Below, in pieces: positions 20,861 to 30,198 of a stretch of DNA of 64,000 nucleotides. The stretch's first letter is position 1; every line of letters begins with the position of its first letter. The stretch is taken from assembly GCA_963717005.1 (NCBI GenBank), contig OY970324.1:658937-722936 (forward strand), read 5' to 3'. The notes under the pieces are model-generated. The model made no database searches and was not told the DNA's origin. It saw only the letters and a list, made by a program, of their open reading frames with translations. This DNA comes from an uncultured delta proteobacterium (GTDB taxonomy: Bacteria; Desulfobacterota; Binatia; Binatales; Binataceae). A program made the translations under genes and the position numbers.

Positions 20861-21571
20861 TCACCAGGTCTCTCGAAAGGGCCTGACCTCGACATTGAAT
20901 GACCATGCGCAGCGATCCTGATGCGCTACATGCCAAACTTCATCGGCAATAGCCGCCGGTGTTATGAAGAACTCCTTGGGCGCGTCGGGAAAGCGATTGC
21001 GCGTCCACTCGAGATCGATGACCGCGTCGATAAGAACATAAGCGACGTGCACACCTTTGGGGCCAAGTTCGCGGGCGATCGATTCGGCCAGAATCCGTTG
21101 CGCGGCCTTGGTCGGCGCGAAGCCGGCAAAGTTGGGCTTGCCGCGAAGAGCCGAGGTATTGCCGCTGGCGATGATAGAGCCTTCTCCCGCGGCGACCATC
21201 GCGGGTGCCAGCCGCCGCGCGAGATACAGCAGCGCCATCGTGTTCACCTGGAAGTTCTGGCTTAGCACCTTGGGATCGATTTCCATGAAGTTCCCGAACG
21301 CGCCGCCGACCGCGTTGTGGACTAACACCTTGGGCACGCCTATGTCGGCACGTATCGCATCGAGAGTGGCTGTCGAGTTGCGTTTCATCGGTTACGTCGC
21401 ATTGATAAGCATGCGAATCAGAGATCTCCCGCGCAAGCGAGGCGAAGCGATCGCTTGATTTCGCGCGAGCATCGCAACAGAGTATCCGCCGCGCGCGAAG
21501 CGGCGCGCTATCGCCGCTCCAGTTCCGGGACCTACCCCGGTCACGATTGCCACTGGATTCTTCTTATCCAC
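20861..21571 (-). pseudogene. Short-chain dehydrogenase with two compensating frameshifts (~21452 and ~21369)
   Basis: GTG start, AIVTGVGPGTG; the intervening segment reads DRFASLAREISDSHAYQCDVTDE only in a shifted frame, then returns to VLVHNAVGG...TKAAQRILAESIARELGPKGVHV. Confidence 0.8.
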
Positions 21572-22775
21572 CTGTGGATTCCTTACTCGATTGATTGTGC
21601 ACGACCCGTTCGCTCTCAAGCCGTGCAACGTCGTTTGGACCGTAGTCGAGCTCGGCGAGGATGGCGCGGTTGTCCGCGCCCAGCAAAGGCGCCATCGCGC
21701 GGACCGTAGCCGGCGTCCGATCGAATTGCGCCGCCGCGCGCGGCATCCTCACCTTTCCGAACGCCTCGCTCTCAAACTCTTCGAGTATGTGATTCTCGCG
21801 GACTTGCGCGTCTTGCAGCAGTTCGAAACGGCTAACAACCGGCGCGGATGGAACGTCGTTGGCGAGTAGCCGCGGCAGGATGTCGTCCGCCTGCCACTTC
21901 TCCAGCTCCGCCGAAGTAATCGCGCGGCGTTCAACCGCGTTTATCGATCGGTCGCGCGCCGTCCTGAAGCGAGGGTCGTCGATGAGCTCCTGGCGATTCA
22001 AGGCCCGGCACATTCCGGCCCATTCGTCGTCCGACAGCGCCGCCGCGGTGATATAACGGTCCTGGGTGGCGAAAACGAGATCGGGACCTACCTCGCCATC
22101 CGAAGGATCGACCTCCGCGCCAACAAATGTCAGGTTCGGCATCGCCTCCGGCCACAGATAGGAAATCATCGCGTCGAGCATCGAGAGTTGCACGTGCTGT
22201 CCTTGTCCCGATCGTTCCCGCGCGAAAAGCGCCGCAGTTATCGCCTGAGCAGCGGTCAAGGCGGTCGTGTAGTCGGCGATGATAGTTCGCACCATCCTGG
22301 GACGACCAGTATCGCGGTCACGTTGGATATCCGCTAACCCTGACATAGCCTGAATCACGGGATCATAGGCGCGCTGATTGGCATAGGGACCCTTAGTCCC
22401 ATAGCCGGTGATCGATACATAGACGATGTCGCGCCGTATAGCTCTCACAACCTCTTCGCCGAGACCCATGCGGTCGGCTATTCCGGGCCGGAAGTTGTGC
22501 ACTAATACTTGAGCGGTAGCTATCAGTCGTTTGACGATCTGGAGACCATCAACTGATTTGAGATCGACCGCCAATGAACGTTTGTTGCGGTTGCAGCTAA
22601 GAAAGGCCGCGTTCATGCCGTTGCGGCCGCGGCTAAAGTGACGCATAAGGTCGCCATGCGGCGACTCGACTTTGATGACATCGGCGCCTTGATCGGCAAG
22701 CATCATGGTCGCGACCGGGCCCGCAACCATCGTCGTCAGGTCGAGTACTCGCACTCCATCCATCGCACCCGGCAT
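21564..22775 (-). CDS. CoA-transferase family III (CaiB/BaiF)
   Basis: GVRVLDL...AGP, LADQGADVIKVE, NRNKRSLAVDLK, HNFRPG, AYDPVIQAMSG, APLLGADN. Confidence 0.93.
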   Translation of the reverse strand: MPGAMDGVRVLDLTTMVAGPVATMMLADQGADVIKVESPHGDLMRHFSRGRNGMNAAFLSCNRNKRSLAVDLKSVDGLQIVKRLIATAQVLVHNFRPGIADRMGLGEEVVRAIRRDIVYVSITGYGTKGPYANQRAYDPVIQAMSGLADIQRDRDTGRPRMVRTIIADYTTALTAAQAITAALFARERSGQGQHVQLSMLDAMISYLWPEAMPNLTFVGAEVDPSDGEVGPDLVFATQDRYITAAALSDDEWAGMCRALNRQELIDDPRFRTARDRSINAVERRAITSAELEKWQADDILPRLLANDVPSAPVVSRFELLQDAQVRENHILEEFESEAFGKVRMPRAAAQFDRTPATVRAMAPLLGADNRAILAELDYGPNDVARLESERVVHNQSSKESTGG

Positions 22776-22811
22776 TTCCTTACTCCTCGTTATTGCGCAG
22801 TTTCTGCGGGA

Positions 22812-23453
22812 TTAACCCCTTGCCGGAAAATTTCTCTCCAGCGCCTTCTGGTACGCCGGCCGCATGGAGACGCGCGCGCGATACTCGTGCAAGGTATGGG
22901 ATAAAGGAATCCGGTCGGTAACCGCCCAATCGAGGCAAGTCATCAGAAGGATGTCGGCAATGCTGAACTGATCGCCCATCAGAAATCGTCCTGACTTTGC
23001 GATCCTGGGAGCCATCGCTTCAGCGTTCTCCGTAAAGTAGTTCCTTGCCGCCTCGACTGCCTTGGGTGCGGCCCCATAGACATGCTCCAGACCTACGTGC
23101 CGTCGCATGACGTAGAGTGAGCCTGCGTCGAGCTCCGTGGCGATAAAATAGCACCATTCGTTCAGGGTAGCGCGACTCTCAGCATCGCGAGGTACCGCTA
23201 TCAGCTCGGGCTTGGTGAAGGTTTCACTCAAGTACTGAATTATCGCGGCGCTCTCGGTCAACACAAAGGACCCATGGCGAAGCACCGGAATTTTATGCCT
23301 TGGATTGAGCTGCATGAACTGGTCGGTCTTGGTCTCGCCCGTGCGCGAGCCTATCGCATGGAACTCATAATCCAGTCCGAGTTCGAGCAACATCCAGTGA
23401 GGCCGCATCGTGCGGCTGGTCCCGACTCCCCACAGAGTTAGATCATGGTTCAT
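22812..23453 (-). CDS. Glutathione S-transferase family protein
   Basis: SRTMRPHW.L.ELG, LNPRHKIPVL, LTESAAIIQYL, FLMGDQFSIADI. Confidence 0.92.
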   Translation of the reverse strand: MNHDLTLWGVGTSRTMRPHWMLLELGLDYEFHAIGSRTGETKTDQFMQLNPRHKIPVLRHGSFVLTESAAIIQYLSETFTKPELIAVPRDAESRATLNEWCYFIATELDAGSLYVMRRHVGLEHVYGAAPKAVEAARNYFTENAEAMAPRIAKSGRFLMGDQFSIADILLMTCLDWAVTDRIPLSHTLHEYRARVSMRPAYQKALERNFPARG

Positions 23454-23529
23454 AAGAATTGGCCAACCCTACCCGGCCTGGACGATACTCTGAGCGACTC
23501 TATTGATGGCGGACGTCATGTTTGATATA

Positions 23530-23549
23530 TTAATGACGCTCGTAATTAT
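23530..23549. promoter_or_regulatory. Possible TetR operator (imperfect inverted repeat TAATGAC-gctc-GTAATTA)
   Basis: AT-rich near-palindrome between the divergent GST and TetR genes; one mismatch. Confidence 0.35.
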
Positions 23550-23587
23550 ACGTGTCAAGGACCGATCGCAAACAGTCGGAGGGGTGG

Positions 23588-24193
23588 ATGCGGGTTTCCA
23601 AGGAAAAGGCTGCGCAGAACCGCGAACGAATATTGACCTCGGCCGCGCGTCTGTTCCGCGAGCACGGCATCGGCGCGACCGGCGTTGACGCGATAACCGA
23701 AGCGGCGGGCCTCACGCACGGCGGCTTGTACAGCCAGTTCGGCTCCAAGGAGGCGATCGCGGCCGAGGCGATCCGATTTGCGCTGGGGCGAGGCAAGCGC
23801 GTCTGGCAGCGCGCGTTGGAACGCAATCCGGGCAAGCGCGCGCTCCCCGCGATCGTGGATGGCTACCTGTCGCGCGCTCATCGCGACGCACCCGGCGCAG
23901 GCTGCGTGGTCGCGGCGCTGGGCACAGATATCGCCAGACAACCGCGCCGCGTTCGCCAGGTGTTCACGCGCGAGATCAAAGACGACCTCGAATTCCTGTC
24001 GCGGCTGATGGCGGACGGTGATGATCGCTCGCGCCGATACGAGGATGCGATCGTTGCGTTTGCCACGATGGCGGGCGCGCTGATTCTCGCGCGCGCGGTA
24101 AGCGACGAAGCGCTTTCTGATTTGATATTGAAGAGTACCGCCAAGCGAGTCATCAAGCGTGGCAGGGCCCGCGCGGCTCGCCGCCGTTCCTAG
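23588..24193 (+). CDS. TetR/AcrR family transcriptional regulator
   Basis: RERILTSAARLFREHGIGATGVDAI..AAGLTHGGLYSQF.SKE HTH; RBS GGAGG before ATG 23588. Confidence 0.93.
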   Translation: MRVSKEKAAQNRERILTSAARLFREHGIGATGVDAITEAAGLTHGGLYSQFGSKEAIAAEAIRFALGRGKRVWQRALERNPGKRALPAIVDGYLSRAHRDAPGAGCVVAALGTDIARQPRRVRQVFTREIKDDLEFLSRLMADGDDRSRRYEDAIVAFATMAGALILARAVSDEALSDLILKSTAKRVIKRGRARAARRRS

Positions 24194-24212
24194 ATGCGAG
24201 GAGGACTGCGAG

Positions 24213-24956
24213 TTGGAACACAGAAATGCCACGGCGGCAGTAATCGGTGCCGGCGATTACATCGGCGGCGCAATCGCGAAAAAATTCGCGGCTGAAGGCT
24301 TCACCGTGTTCGCCGGACGCCGGCAAGGCGACAAGCTCGCGCCACTGGTCGCCGAGGTCGAGGCAGGCGGCGGCCGAATTTCCGCGCGATCGCTCGACGC
24401 TCGCAAGGAAGACGACCTCACCGCTTTCCTGCGGGACGCCGACCTGCACGCGCCGCTCGAGGTCTGCATCTTCAACATCGGCGCCAACGTCAATTTTCCG
24501 TTGCTCGAGACGACCGACCGCGTGTTCCGCAAGGTCTGGGAGATGGCCTGCTACTCCGGTTTCATCGCGGGCAGGGAGGCGGCGCGCCTGATGATCCCGC
24601 GCGGGCGCGGCGCGATTTTTTTCACCGGCGCCACCGCGAGCCTGCGCGGCGGAGTCGGATACGCAGCATTCGCAGCCGCGAAATTCGGTCTGCGCGCGGT
24701 TGCGCAAAGTGCCGCGCGGGAACTCGGCCCGAAGAATATCCACGTCGCCCATCTCATAATTGATGCGGGCGTCGATACTGCCTGGGTGCGCGATCGAATC
24801 AGGGAACGGGAGGGCGACGAGGCGATGAAGAATCTCGACCCTGCGCGGCTCATGCGGCCGGCGGCCGTGGCCGAGACCTATTGGCAGCTCTATCAGCAGC
24901 CGCGCGACGCGTGGACCTTCGAGCAGGAAATCCGCCCCTTCGGAGAAAAATGGTGA
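24213..24956 (+). CDS. Short-chain dehydrogenase/reductase
   Basis: TTG start after GAGGAGG; VIGAGDYIG, FNIGAN, FTGATASLRG, F...KFGLRAVAQSAARELGPKNIHV. Confidence 0.9.
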   Translation: MEHRNATAAVIGAGDYIGGAIAKKFAAEGFTVFAGRRQGDKLAPLVAEVEAGGGRISARSLDARKEDDLTAFLRDADLHAPLEVCIFNIGANVNFPLLETTDRVFRKVWEMACYSGFIAGREAARLMIPRGRGAIFFTGATASLRGGVGYAAFAAAKFGLRAVAQSAARELGPKNIHVAHLIIDAGVDTAWVRDRIREREGDEAMKNLDPARLMRPAAVAETYWQLYQQPRDAWTFEQEIRPFGEKW

Positions 24957-24960
24957 GGCT

Positions 24961-25566
24961 ATGGTCAAGGTAGAATTTCATTTCGACTTCGGCAGTCCCA
25001 ATGCCTATCTGAGTCATCTCGTGATCCCACAAATCGAAAAGCGTACCGGAGTGCGGTTCGAGTACGTGCCCGTGTTGCTCGGTGGCGTCTTCAAGCTGAC
25101 CAACAATCGCTCGCCGGCACAAAGCCTCGCCGGCATCAAGAACAAGCCCGAGTACGAGCGGCTCGAGATGACGCGCTTCATCCAGCGTCACGGGATTACG
25201 CGCTTTCAGAGCAATCCATTTTTCCCGGTGAACACCCTGATGATGATGCGCGGGGCGATCGCTGCGCGCTCGCTCGGCGTGTTCGAGCGTTACGTCGATG
25301 AGATGTACCGCAACATGTGGGCTGAACCGAAGAAGATGGACGAGCCCAACGTGTTCCGCGCCGCGCTCGACGAGGCTGGGCTGCCAACCGCAAAGATACT
25401 CGAGCTGATTGAGACCAAGCCGGTGAAGGACGAACTGATCGAGAACACCAATCGTTCGGTCGAGCGCGGCACTTTCGGCTCACCGACGTTTTACGTCGGC
25501 AACGAGATCTTCTTCGGCAAGGATCGCCTGCGCAACGTCGAGGAAATGATCGTGGCTTCCACGTAG
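24961..25566 (+). CDS. 2-hydroxychromene-2-carboxylate isomerase / kappa-GST (DsbA family)
   Basis: FHFDFGSPNAYL, PVLLGGVF, RGTFGSPTFYV..EIFFGKDRL. Confidence 0.9.
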   Translation: MVKVEFHFDFGSPNAYLSHLVIPQIEKRTGVRFEYVPVLLGGVFKLTNNRSPAQSLAGIKNKPEYERLEMTRFIQRHGITRFQSNPFFPVNTLMMMRGAIAARSLGVFERYVDEMYRNMWAEPKKMDEPNVFRAALDEAGLPTAKILELIETKPVKDELIENTNRSVERGTFGSPTFYVGNEIFFGKDRLRNVEEMIVAST

Positions 25567-25673
25567 TCGATTTCGCAATCTCCGCGTCACTTCGCCTTTC
25601 GCGGCCCTTTGCCCTAAACCTGACAACGGCCTAGGCTGTCTGATCCCAGACTACGCGACAGGAGGGCTGACTC

Positions 25674-26201
25674 ATGCCCGGCGACGACGATGACCGCGAG
25701 CTATTCGACGACGAACATCCTGGCCCCCAGGTCCTGGAATCCGCGCTGGCCAACACCGCGCTGAGCGAAGTGGTCTCGCAGCCGGCGCTGATGGTGTCCG
25801 CCTCGGCCACGATCGCAGACACGATTCACCTGATGCAGCAGGAGCGCCGCGCGTGCGTGCTGGTGATGGAGGACGACCGCCTCGCCGGTATCTTCACCGA
25901 GCGCGACATCCTGATGAAGGTCGCCGGCCAGCCGCTCGACCTCGTCCACACGCCGGTGTCGGCGACGATGACGCCAGATCCGTTCACGCTTCCCGACGAC
26001 GCGAATGTGGCGTTCGCGCTGAGCAAGATGGTGCTGGAGGGATTCCGTCACATTCCGCTGGTCGATGACGACGGCCGTCCGACCGCCGTGGTTTCGATGC
26101 GCAATCTGATCGAGTATCTCGGCGAGATCTATTCGCGCGAGTTGCTGACGATGCCGCCCGAGCCGCGTCAGCATCGTTTCAAGAGTCGCGAAGGCGCCTG
26201 A
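25674..26201 (+). CDS. CBS domain protein
   Basis: Two CBS repeats: LAGIFTERDIL, MTPDPFTL, FRHIPLVD. Confidence 0.88.
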   Translation: MPGDDDDRELFDDEHPGPQVLESALANTALSEVVSQPALMVSASATIADTIHLMQQERRACVLVMEDDRLAGIFTERDILMKVAGQPLDLVHTPVSATMTPDPFTLPDDANVAFALSKMVLEGFRHIPLVDDDGRPTAVVSMRNLIEYLGEIYSRELLTMPPEPRQHRFKSREGA

Positions 26202-26212
26202 TTGCGGTTCGC

Positions 26213-26242
26213 TTGACGCCTCGCACACGCTCGCGCTAATGC
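26213..26242 (+). promoter_or_regulatory. Promoter-like TTGACGC-N13-GCGCTAA; ATG 26250 lies 7 nt after TAATGC (likely leaderless lemA)
   Basis: Same motif and spacing as at 17982 and 28253; no SD before lemA. Confidence 0.5.
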
Positions 26243-26249
26243 GGCCTTG

Positions 26250-26852
26250 ATGCATTTGAAATGCTTTCACGCGCTGACTCGCGTCGCCGCCGTCGGGTTG
26301 GTGCTCGTAGGGTTATCGGGATGCGGCGTTAACAAGCTCCCTACCCTCGACGAGCAGGTGAAGGCTGCCTGGAGCGAGGTGCTCAACCAATACCAGCGGC
26401 GCGCCGATCTTATCCCGAACCTGGTCGAGACGGTTAAGGGCTATGCGCACCAGGAGCAGCAGGTCCTGACCGAGGTGACTGAAGCGCGCGCGCATGCGAC
26501 GCAGATGCAACTTCCCGCTGATATCCTGTCGAACCCGCAAGCGTTTCATCAGTTCGAGCAGAACCAGGCCGCCATCGGCGGCGCGCTCGGCCGCTTGCTC
26601 GCGGTAGCCGAGGCCTATCCCGACCTTAAATCGAATCAGAATTTCCTCGCCTTGCAATCGCAGCTCGAAGGCACCGAGAACAGGATCGCTGTCGCGCGCC
26701 GCGATTACATTCTCGCCGTGCAGGAATACAACACTGCGCTGAGGACGATCCCGCAGCGCTGGATAGCATCGATACTCTACCCTGACTTGAAAATCCGCGA
26801 GACTTTCACGATCTCCGACCAAGCCCAACAGGTGCCACAGGTAAAATTCTGA
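26250..26852 (+). CDS. lemA: LemA family protein
   Basis: QYQRRADLIPNLVETVKGYA, AYPDLKSNQNF..LQSQLEGTENRIAVAR. Confidence 0.95.
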   Translation: MHLKCFHALTRVAAVGLVLVGLSGCGVNKLPTLDEQVKAAWSEVLNQYQRRADLIPNLVETVKGYAHQEQQVLTEVTEARAHATQMQLPADILSNPQAFHQFEQNQAAIGGALGRLLAVAEAYPDLKSNQNFLALQSQLEGTENRIAVARRDYILAVQEYNTALRTIPQRWIASILYPDLKIRETFTISDQAQQVPQVKF

Positions 26853-27661
26853 TGCGTCGTCGCTGCGCATGGGCGAGCGGCGTCTCTCGAGCGCGATGGG
26901 CGCTGCTCGTTCCCCTTCTGCTGATTTTCGCCCTGCCCGCCCTCGCCGCCGCACCGAAATTTCCCGCGCTTACCGGCCGGGTTGTTGATGTCGCCGGGAT
27001 TCTAAGCGCTTCGACTCAAAGCGAGCTCACCGCCCTGCTGGCTGCGCACGAACGCCTGACCGGCCAACAAGTCGTAGTGGTCACGCTTCCGTCCCTGCAA
27101 GGCTACACCATCGAAGACTACGGCTATCAACTCGGCCGCTACTGGGGCATCGGCCAGAAGGACAAAAACACCGGCGCGCTGCTTATCGTCGCGCCCAAGG
27201 AGCACAAGGTTCGTATCGAGGTCGGTTACGGCCTCGAAGGAACGCTCACCGACGCCGCGAGCCGCACGATAATCGAGAGCGACATCCTGCCCAGCTTCAA
27301 GCGCGGCGACTTCGACGCCGGAATCCTGGCCGGCACCAAATCGATACTGAGCGTACTCGGTGGCAACTCCCCCGAGACTGGCGAGCCGGCATCGTCCACC
27401 TCTGCTGTCCCGTATCAACCTCCACGGGCCGTTCAAATCGCCATCATAGTAGGGTTCTTTCTTTTCCCGCTGCTGGTCTTCTCGGTAATCGTCCTTGGAC
27501 TCATTTCATCAGCCGGGAACAGGGGCAGGTACGGCGGCCGCGATGGCTGGTATTCGGGTGGCGGGTTCGGCGGAGGAGGATCTTCATCCGGAGGAGGTGG
27601 CGGCGGTTTCTCGGGAGGAGGCGGATCTTTCGGCGGCGGTGGCGCTTCGGGAAGCTGGTAA
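26852..27661 (+). CDS. TPM domain (YgcG-like) membrane protein with Gly-rich tail
   Basis: GRVVDVAGIL, WGIGQKDKNTGALL, RIEVGYGLEG.LTD; GGGSFGGGGASGSW tail. Confidence 0.92.
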   Translation: MRRRCAWASGVSRARWALLVPLLLIFALPALAAAPKFPALTGRVVDVAGILSASTQSELTALLAAHERLTGQQVVVVTLPSLQGYTIEDYGYQLGRYWGIGQKDKNTGALLIVAPKEHKVRIEVGYGLEGTLTDAASRTIIESDILPSFKRGDFDAGILAGTKSILSVLGGNSPETGEPASSTSAVPYQPPRAVQIAIIVGFFLFPLLVFSVIVLGLISSAGNRGRYGGRDGWYSGGGFGGGGSSSGGGGGGFSGGGGSFGGGGASGSW

Positions 27662-27663
27662 CT

Positions 27664-28248
27664 ATGGCAAGTCCGTTCACGGCCGAGGAGCACAATCGCA
27701 TCGATGCTGCGATGGCCGCGATCAAGCACGATACGTCGGCCGACCTTTGCGTCGTCGTGACACGTGTCAGCGACCGCTATGCACGCTATCCAGTCGCAAC
27801 GGCCGCTATCGCCGCGATTCTGCTGGGCGCGCTCGTCAGTTTGGTCCGGCCCAATTTAGCAAGCCTCATCGTCATCGGACTTCAACTATGGTCCCTGATC
27901 GCGATGTCGCTGCTATTCTACTGGCTCCCCGTCCGGCTCCGGCTTGTACCGAAGCCCGTCAAGCACGCGCGCGCCTGGCAGCTCGCGCACCGCGAATTCA
28001 ACGCGCATGTGCTCGCAGCTCCGAACCAACCACACCGAATCCTGCTGTTCGTGTCGCTCGGCGAGCGCTACGTGGAGATCATCGCCGACCACCAGACTCA
28101 CGCCCTTGCTCCAGACGGAGCGTGGAACAGAATCATCGACAGATTTACGCAAACCGTTCAGGCCGGCCGCGTCGCCGACGGCGTCCTCGACGCCATCGCG
28201 GCCTGCGGCGCTATCCTCAAGACCCACCATCCCAGTCAGGCGTCTTGA
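27664..28248 (+). CDS. TPM domain membrane protein
   Basis: ILLFVSLGERYVEIIAD; W..II..F; typical third gene of lemA operons. Confidence 0.85.
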   Translation: MASPFTAEEHNRIDAAMAAIKHDTSADLCVVVTRVSDRYARYPVATAAIAAILLGALVSLVRPNLASLIVIGLQLWSLIAMSLLFYWLPVRLRLVPKPVKHARAWQLAHREFNAHVLAAPNQPHRILLFVSLGERYVEIIADHQTHALAPDGAWNRIIDRFTQTVQAGRVADGVLDAIAACGAILKTHHPSQAS

Positions 28249-28252
28249 ATCC

Positions 28253-28282
28253 TTGACGCAGCGCACTCGACCGCGCTAACCC
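28253..28282 (+). promoter_or_regulatory. Promoter-like TTGACGC-N13-GCGCTAA; ATG 28290 lies 7 nt after TAACCC (likely leaderless)
   Basis: Third copy of the motif with identical spacing; no SD before the cupin gene. Confidence 0.5.
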
Positions 28283-28289
28283 CACAGCT

Positions 28290-29174
28290 ATGCAAACGAT
28301 ACACGCTGCCGACGTTGAATGGGGCGAGGTTTCGGGACATCGCTCCGGCGGAATCGACTTCAAGCGCCTGCTGCAAGGCACGTCCGGCTCGCCCGACAAT
28401 TTCGAGCTGAGCATCGTGCGAACGGCCGGCGATTATTTCACGCCCCGCCATCGCCACAACTTCGATCAGGTCAGGCTGTGCCTGGAGGGCGTGATGAACT
28501 ACGCGCCCGGCAAGGATCTGAAGGCCGGCACGGTCGGCTATTTCCCCGAAGGAACTTTCTACGGCCCGCAGTCCGACACCGGCAAATCCGAAGTGCTGCT
28601 GCTGCAGATGGGCGGGTCGGCCGGCTACGGCTTCATGAGCTATCAGCAGTTGAACCGCGGCTACGAAAAGTTGTCCGACCTCGGCAAATTCGACGCCGGG
28701 GTCTTCACCCGCTCGACTCCCGACGGCCGCGTCATTCGCCAGGACGGCTACGAGGCGATTTGGGAACACGTCAACCGCCGCGCCGTCGAATATCCGCCGC
28801 CGCGCTACGAGGAACCTGTAGTCATTCATCCCGACGGCTTCGGATGGCTCGCGACGCGCGACCCCGGCTTCGAGTTGAAGCACATGGCGACCTTCGGCGA
28901 GCGCGCTCTTAACATTGGCGAGATTCGCGCGACGCGCGGCTCACGCCACAAGGTCGATCGGCATCGCGCGCCCGAGCTGTTATTCGTCGAGCGCGGCGCG
29001 ATTCGCGACGTCACCTCCGGCGAGTTGCTCGACACTCACTCCGCCTTCCGGGTTGATCCCGCCGACACCGGCCGCGAACTCGAAGTCGTCGAGGACTGCC
29101 TGCTGTTCTTCGTCCAGCTGCCCAAGTTCGACACAAAATCCGCGGCCGCTGCCGCGATCGCTGCACGCGACTGA
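28290..29174 (+). CDS. Cupin-superfamily (probably bicupin) protein
   Basis: TPRHRHNFDQVR metal motif and GYFPEG.FYGPQ; second degenerate cupin-like half. Confidence 0.7.
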   Translation: MQTIHAADVEWGEVSGHRSGGIDFKRLLQGTSGSPDNFELSIVRTAGDYFTPRHRHNFDQVRLCLEGVMNYAPGKDLKAGTVGYFPEGTFYGPQSDTGKSEVLLLQMGGSAGYGFMSYQQLNRGYEKLSDLGKFDAGVFTRSTPDGRVIRQDGYEAIWEHVNRRAVEYPPPRYEEPVVIHPDGFGWLATRDPGFELKHMATFGERALNIGEIRATRGSRHKVDRHRAPELLFVERGAIRDVTSGELLDTHSAFRVDPADTGRELEVVEDCLLFFVQLPKFDTKSAAAAAIAARD

Positions 29175-29192
29175 CTACTGGAGGCCTTCACG

Positions 29193-30179
29193 ATGGCATC
29201 TACCACCGCTCTACCGCGCGCGAACCGCGCGCGCGCTCCCAGGACTCGCGTCAAAAAGCCGGCTGGATTCCATCAGTCGTGGTACGCGATCGCGCGCTCG
29301 GACGAAGTCGGCGCCGGCGAAGTGATCGGCCGCGACTTCCTCGACGGCCGCGCAATTGCCTATCGCGCTGAGAACGGCCAAGCCGTCGTGATGAACGCAT
29401 ACTGCCGCCATCTCGGCGCCGATCTCAGCATGGGCAAGGTTGTCGGCAACGACATCCGCTGCGCGTTTCATCATTGGCAATACGGCCCCGATGGCGGATG
29501 CACGAAAATTCCCGCGTCCGAAAAAATTCCCAAGGCGGCGCGAATGTTCAAATACCCCACAGCCGAAAAGTGGGGACTGATTTGGGCATTCAACGGCGCC
29601 CAACCGCTGTTCGACCTGCCCGAATTTGTCGATTACGCCGAGCCCGATCTCGACCTCCGCACCGCCGAGGCCTTCGATTTGCCGGTCGAGCCGTGGGTGC
29701 CGTTCACCAACTCGATGGACTTTCAGCATCTGCGCGTGCTGCACGGCCTCAAAATAGAATGCGACCCCGACGCAATCGAGATCGGCGACTACCGCATCCA
29801 GTACGACGTGCGCTTCGAGGATCCCAACCTCGGCATCTTCGATCAGCGCATCCGCGTGACCGGGACCAACACGATCGCCCTGGCGGGACGTCTCAACGGC
29901 ATGGCGATTCTCTCGATGGCGACCGGGACGCCGACGCCCGACGGCCGCACTCACGGATGGTCGGTCACCGCGACGCCGCGCGCCGAAGGCAGCGACGCCG
30001 AGCGCGAGCAGCGCCTCCAGATCGGCGAGGCATTCTTCCGCCGGCTGATTCAGGAAGACGAGCCCATCATGAAGACCATCCGCTTTCACGACGGCCTGCT
30101 GATAGACGCCGACCGCGCGCTCGCGCGCTTCCTGCAATACGTGCGGCGCTTCCCGACCGCGCGACCCGCCGCGAACTAA
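29193..30179 (+). CDS. Rieske non-heme iron oxygenase alpha subunit (KshA/VanA-like)
   Basis: CRHLGADL...CAFHHW Rieske motif; NSMDFQHLRVLH mononuclear-iron motif. Confidence 0.9.
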   Translation: MASTTALPRANRARAPRTRVKKPAGFHQSWYAIARSDEVGAGEVIGRDFLDGRAIAYRAENGQAVVMNAYCRHLGADLSMGKVVGNDIRCAFHHWQYGPDGGCTKIPASEKIPKAARMFKYPTAEKWGLIWAFNGAQPLFDLPEFVDYAEPDLDLRTAEAFDLPVEPWVPFTNSMDFQHLRVLHGLKIECDPDAIEIGDYRIQYDVRFEDPNLGIFDQRIRVTGTNTIALAGRLNGMAILSMATGTPTPDGRTHGWSVTATPRAEGSDAEREQRLQIGEAFFRRLIQEDEPIMKTIRFHDGLLIDADRALARFLQYVRRFPTARPAAN

Positions 30180-30198
30180 ACCACCGGAGGCAATAGCC

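Noticed and set aside
19260-25600. attL/attR duplication of the tRNA-Ala 3' end bounding an island
   Set aside because: No second copy or integrase found by eye; needs a computed repeat search
29172-29195. Cupin TGA is in frame with the downstream Rieske gene (possible Sec readthrough)
   Set aside because: No redox motif or SECIS-like hairpin, and the Rieske gene has its own GGAGG RBS; an in-frame gap has a one-in-three chance
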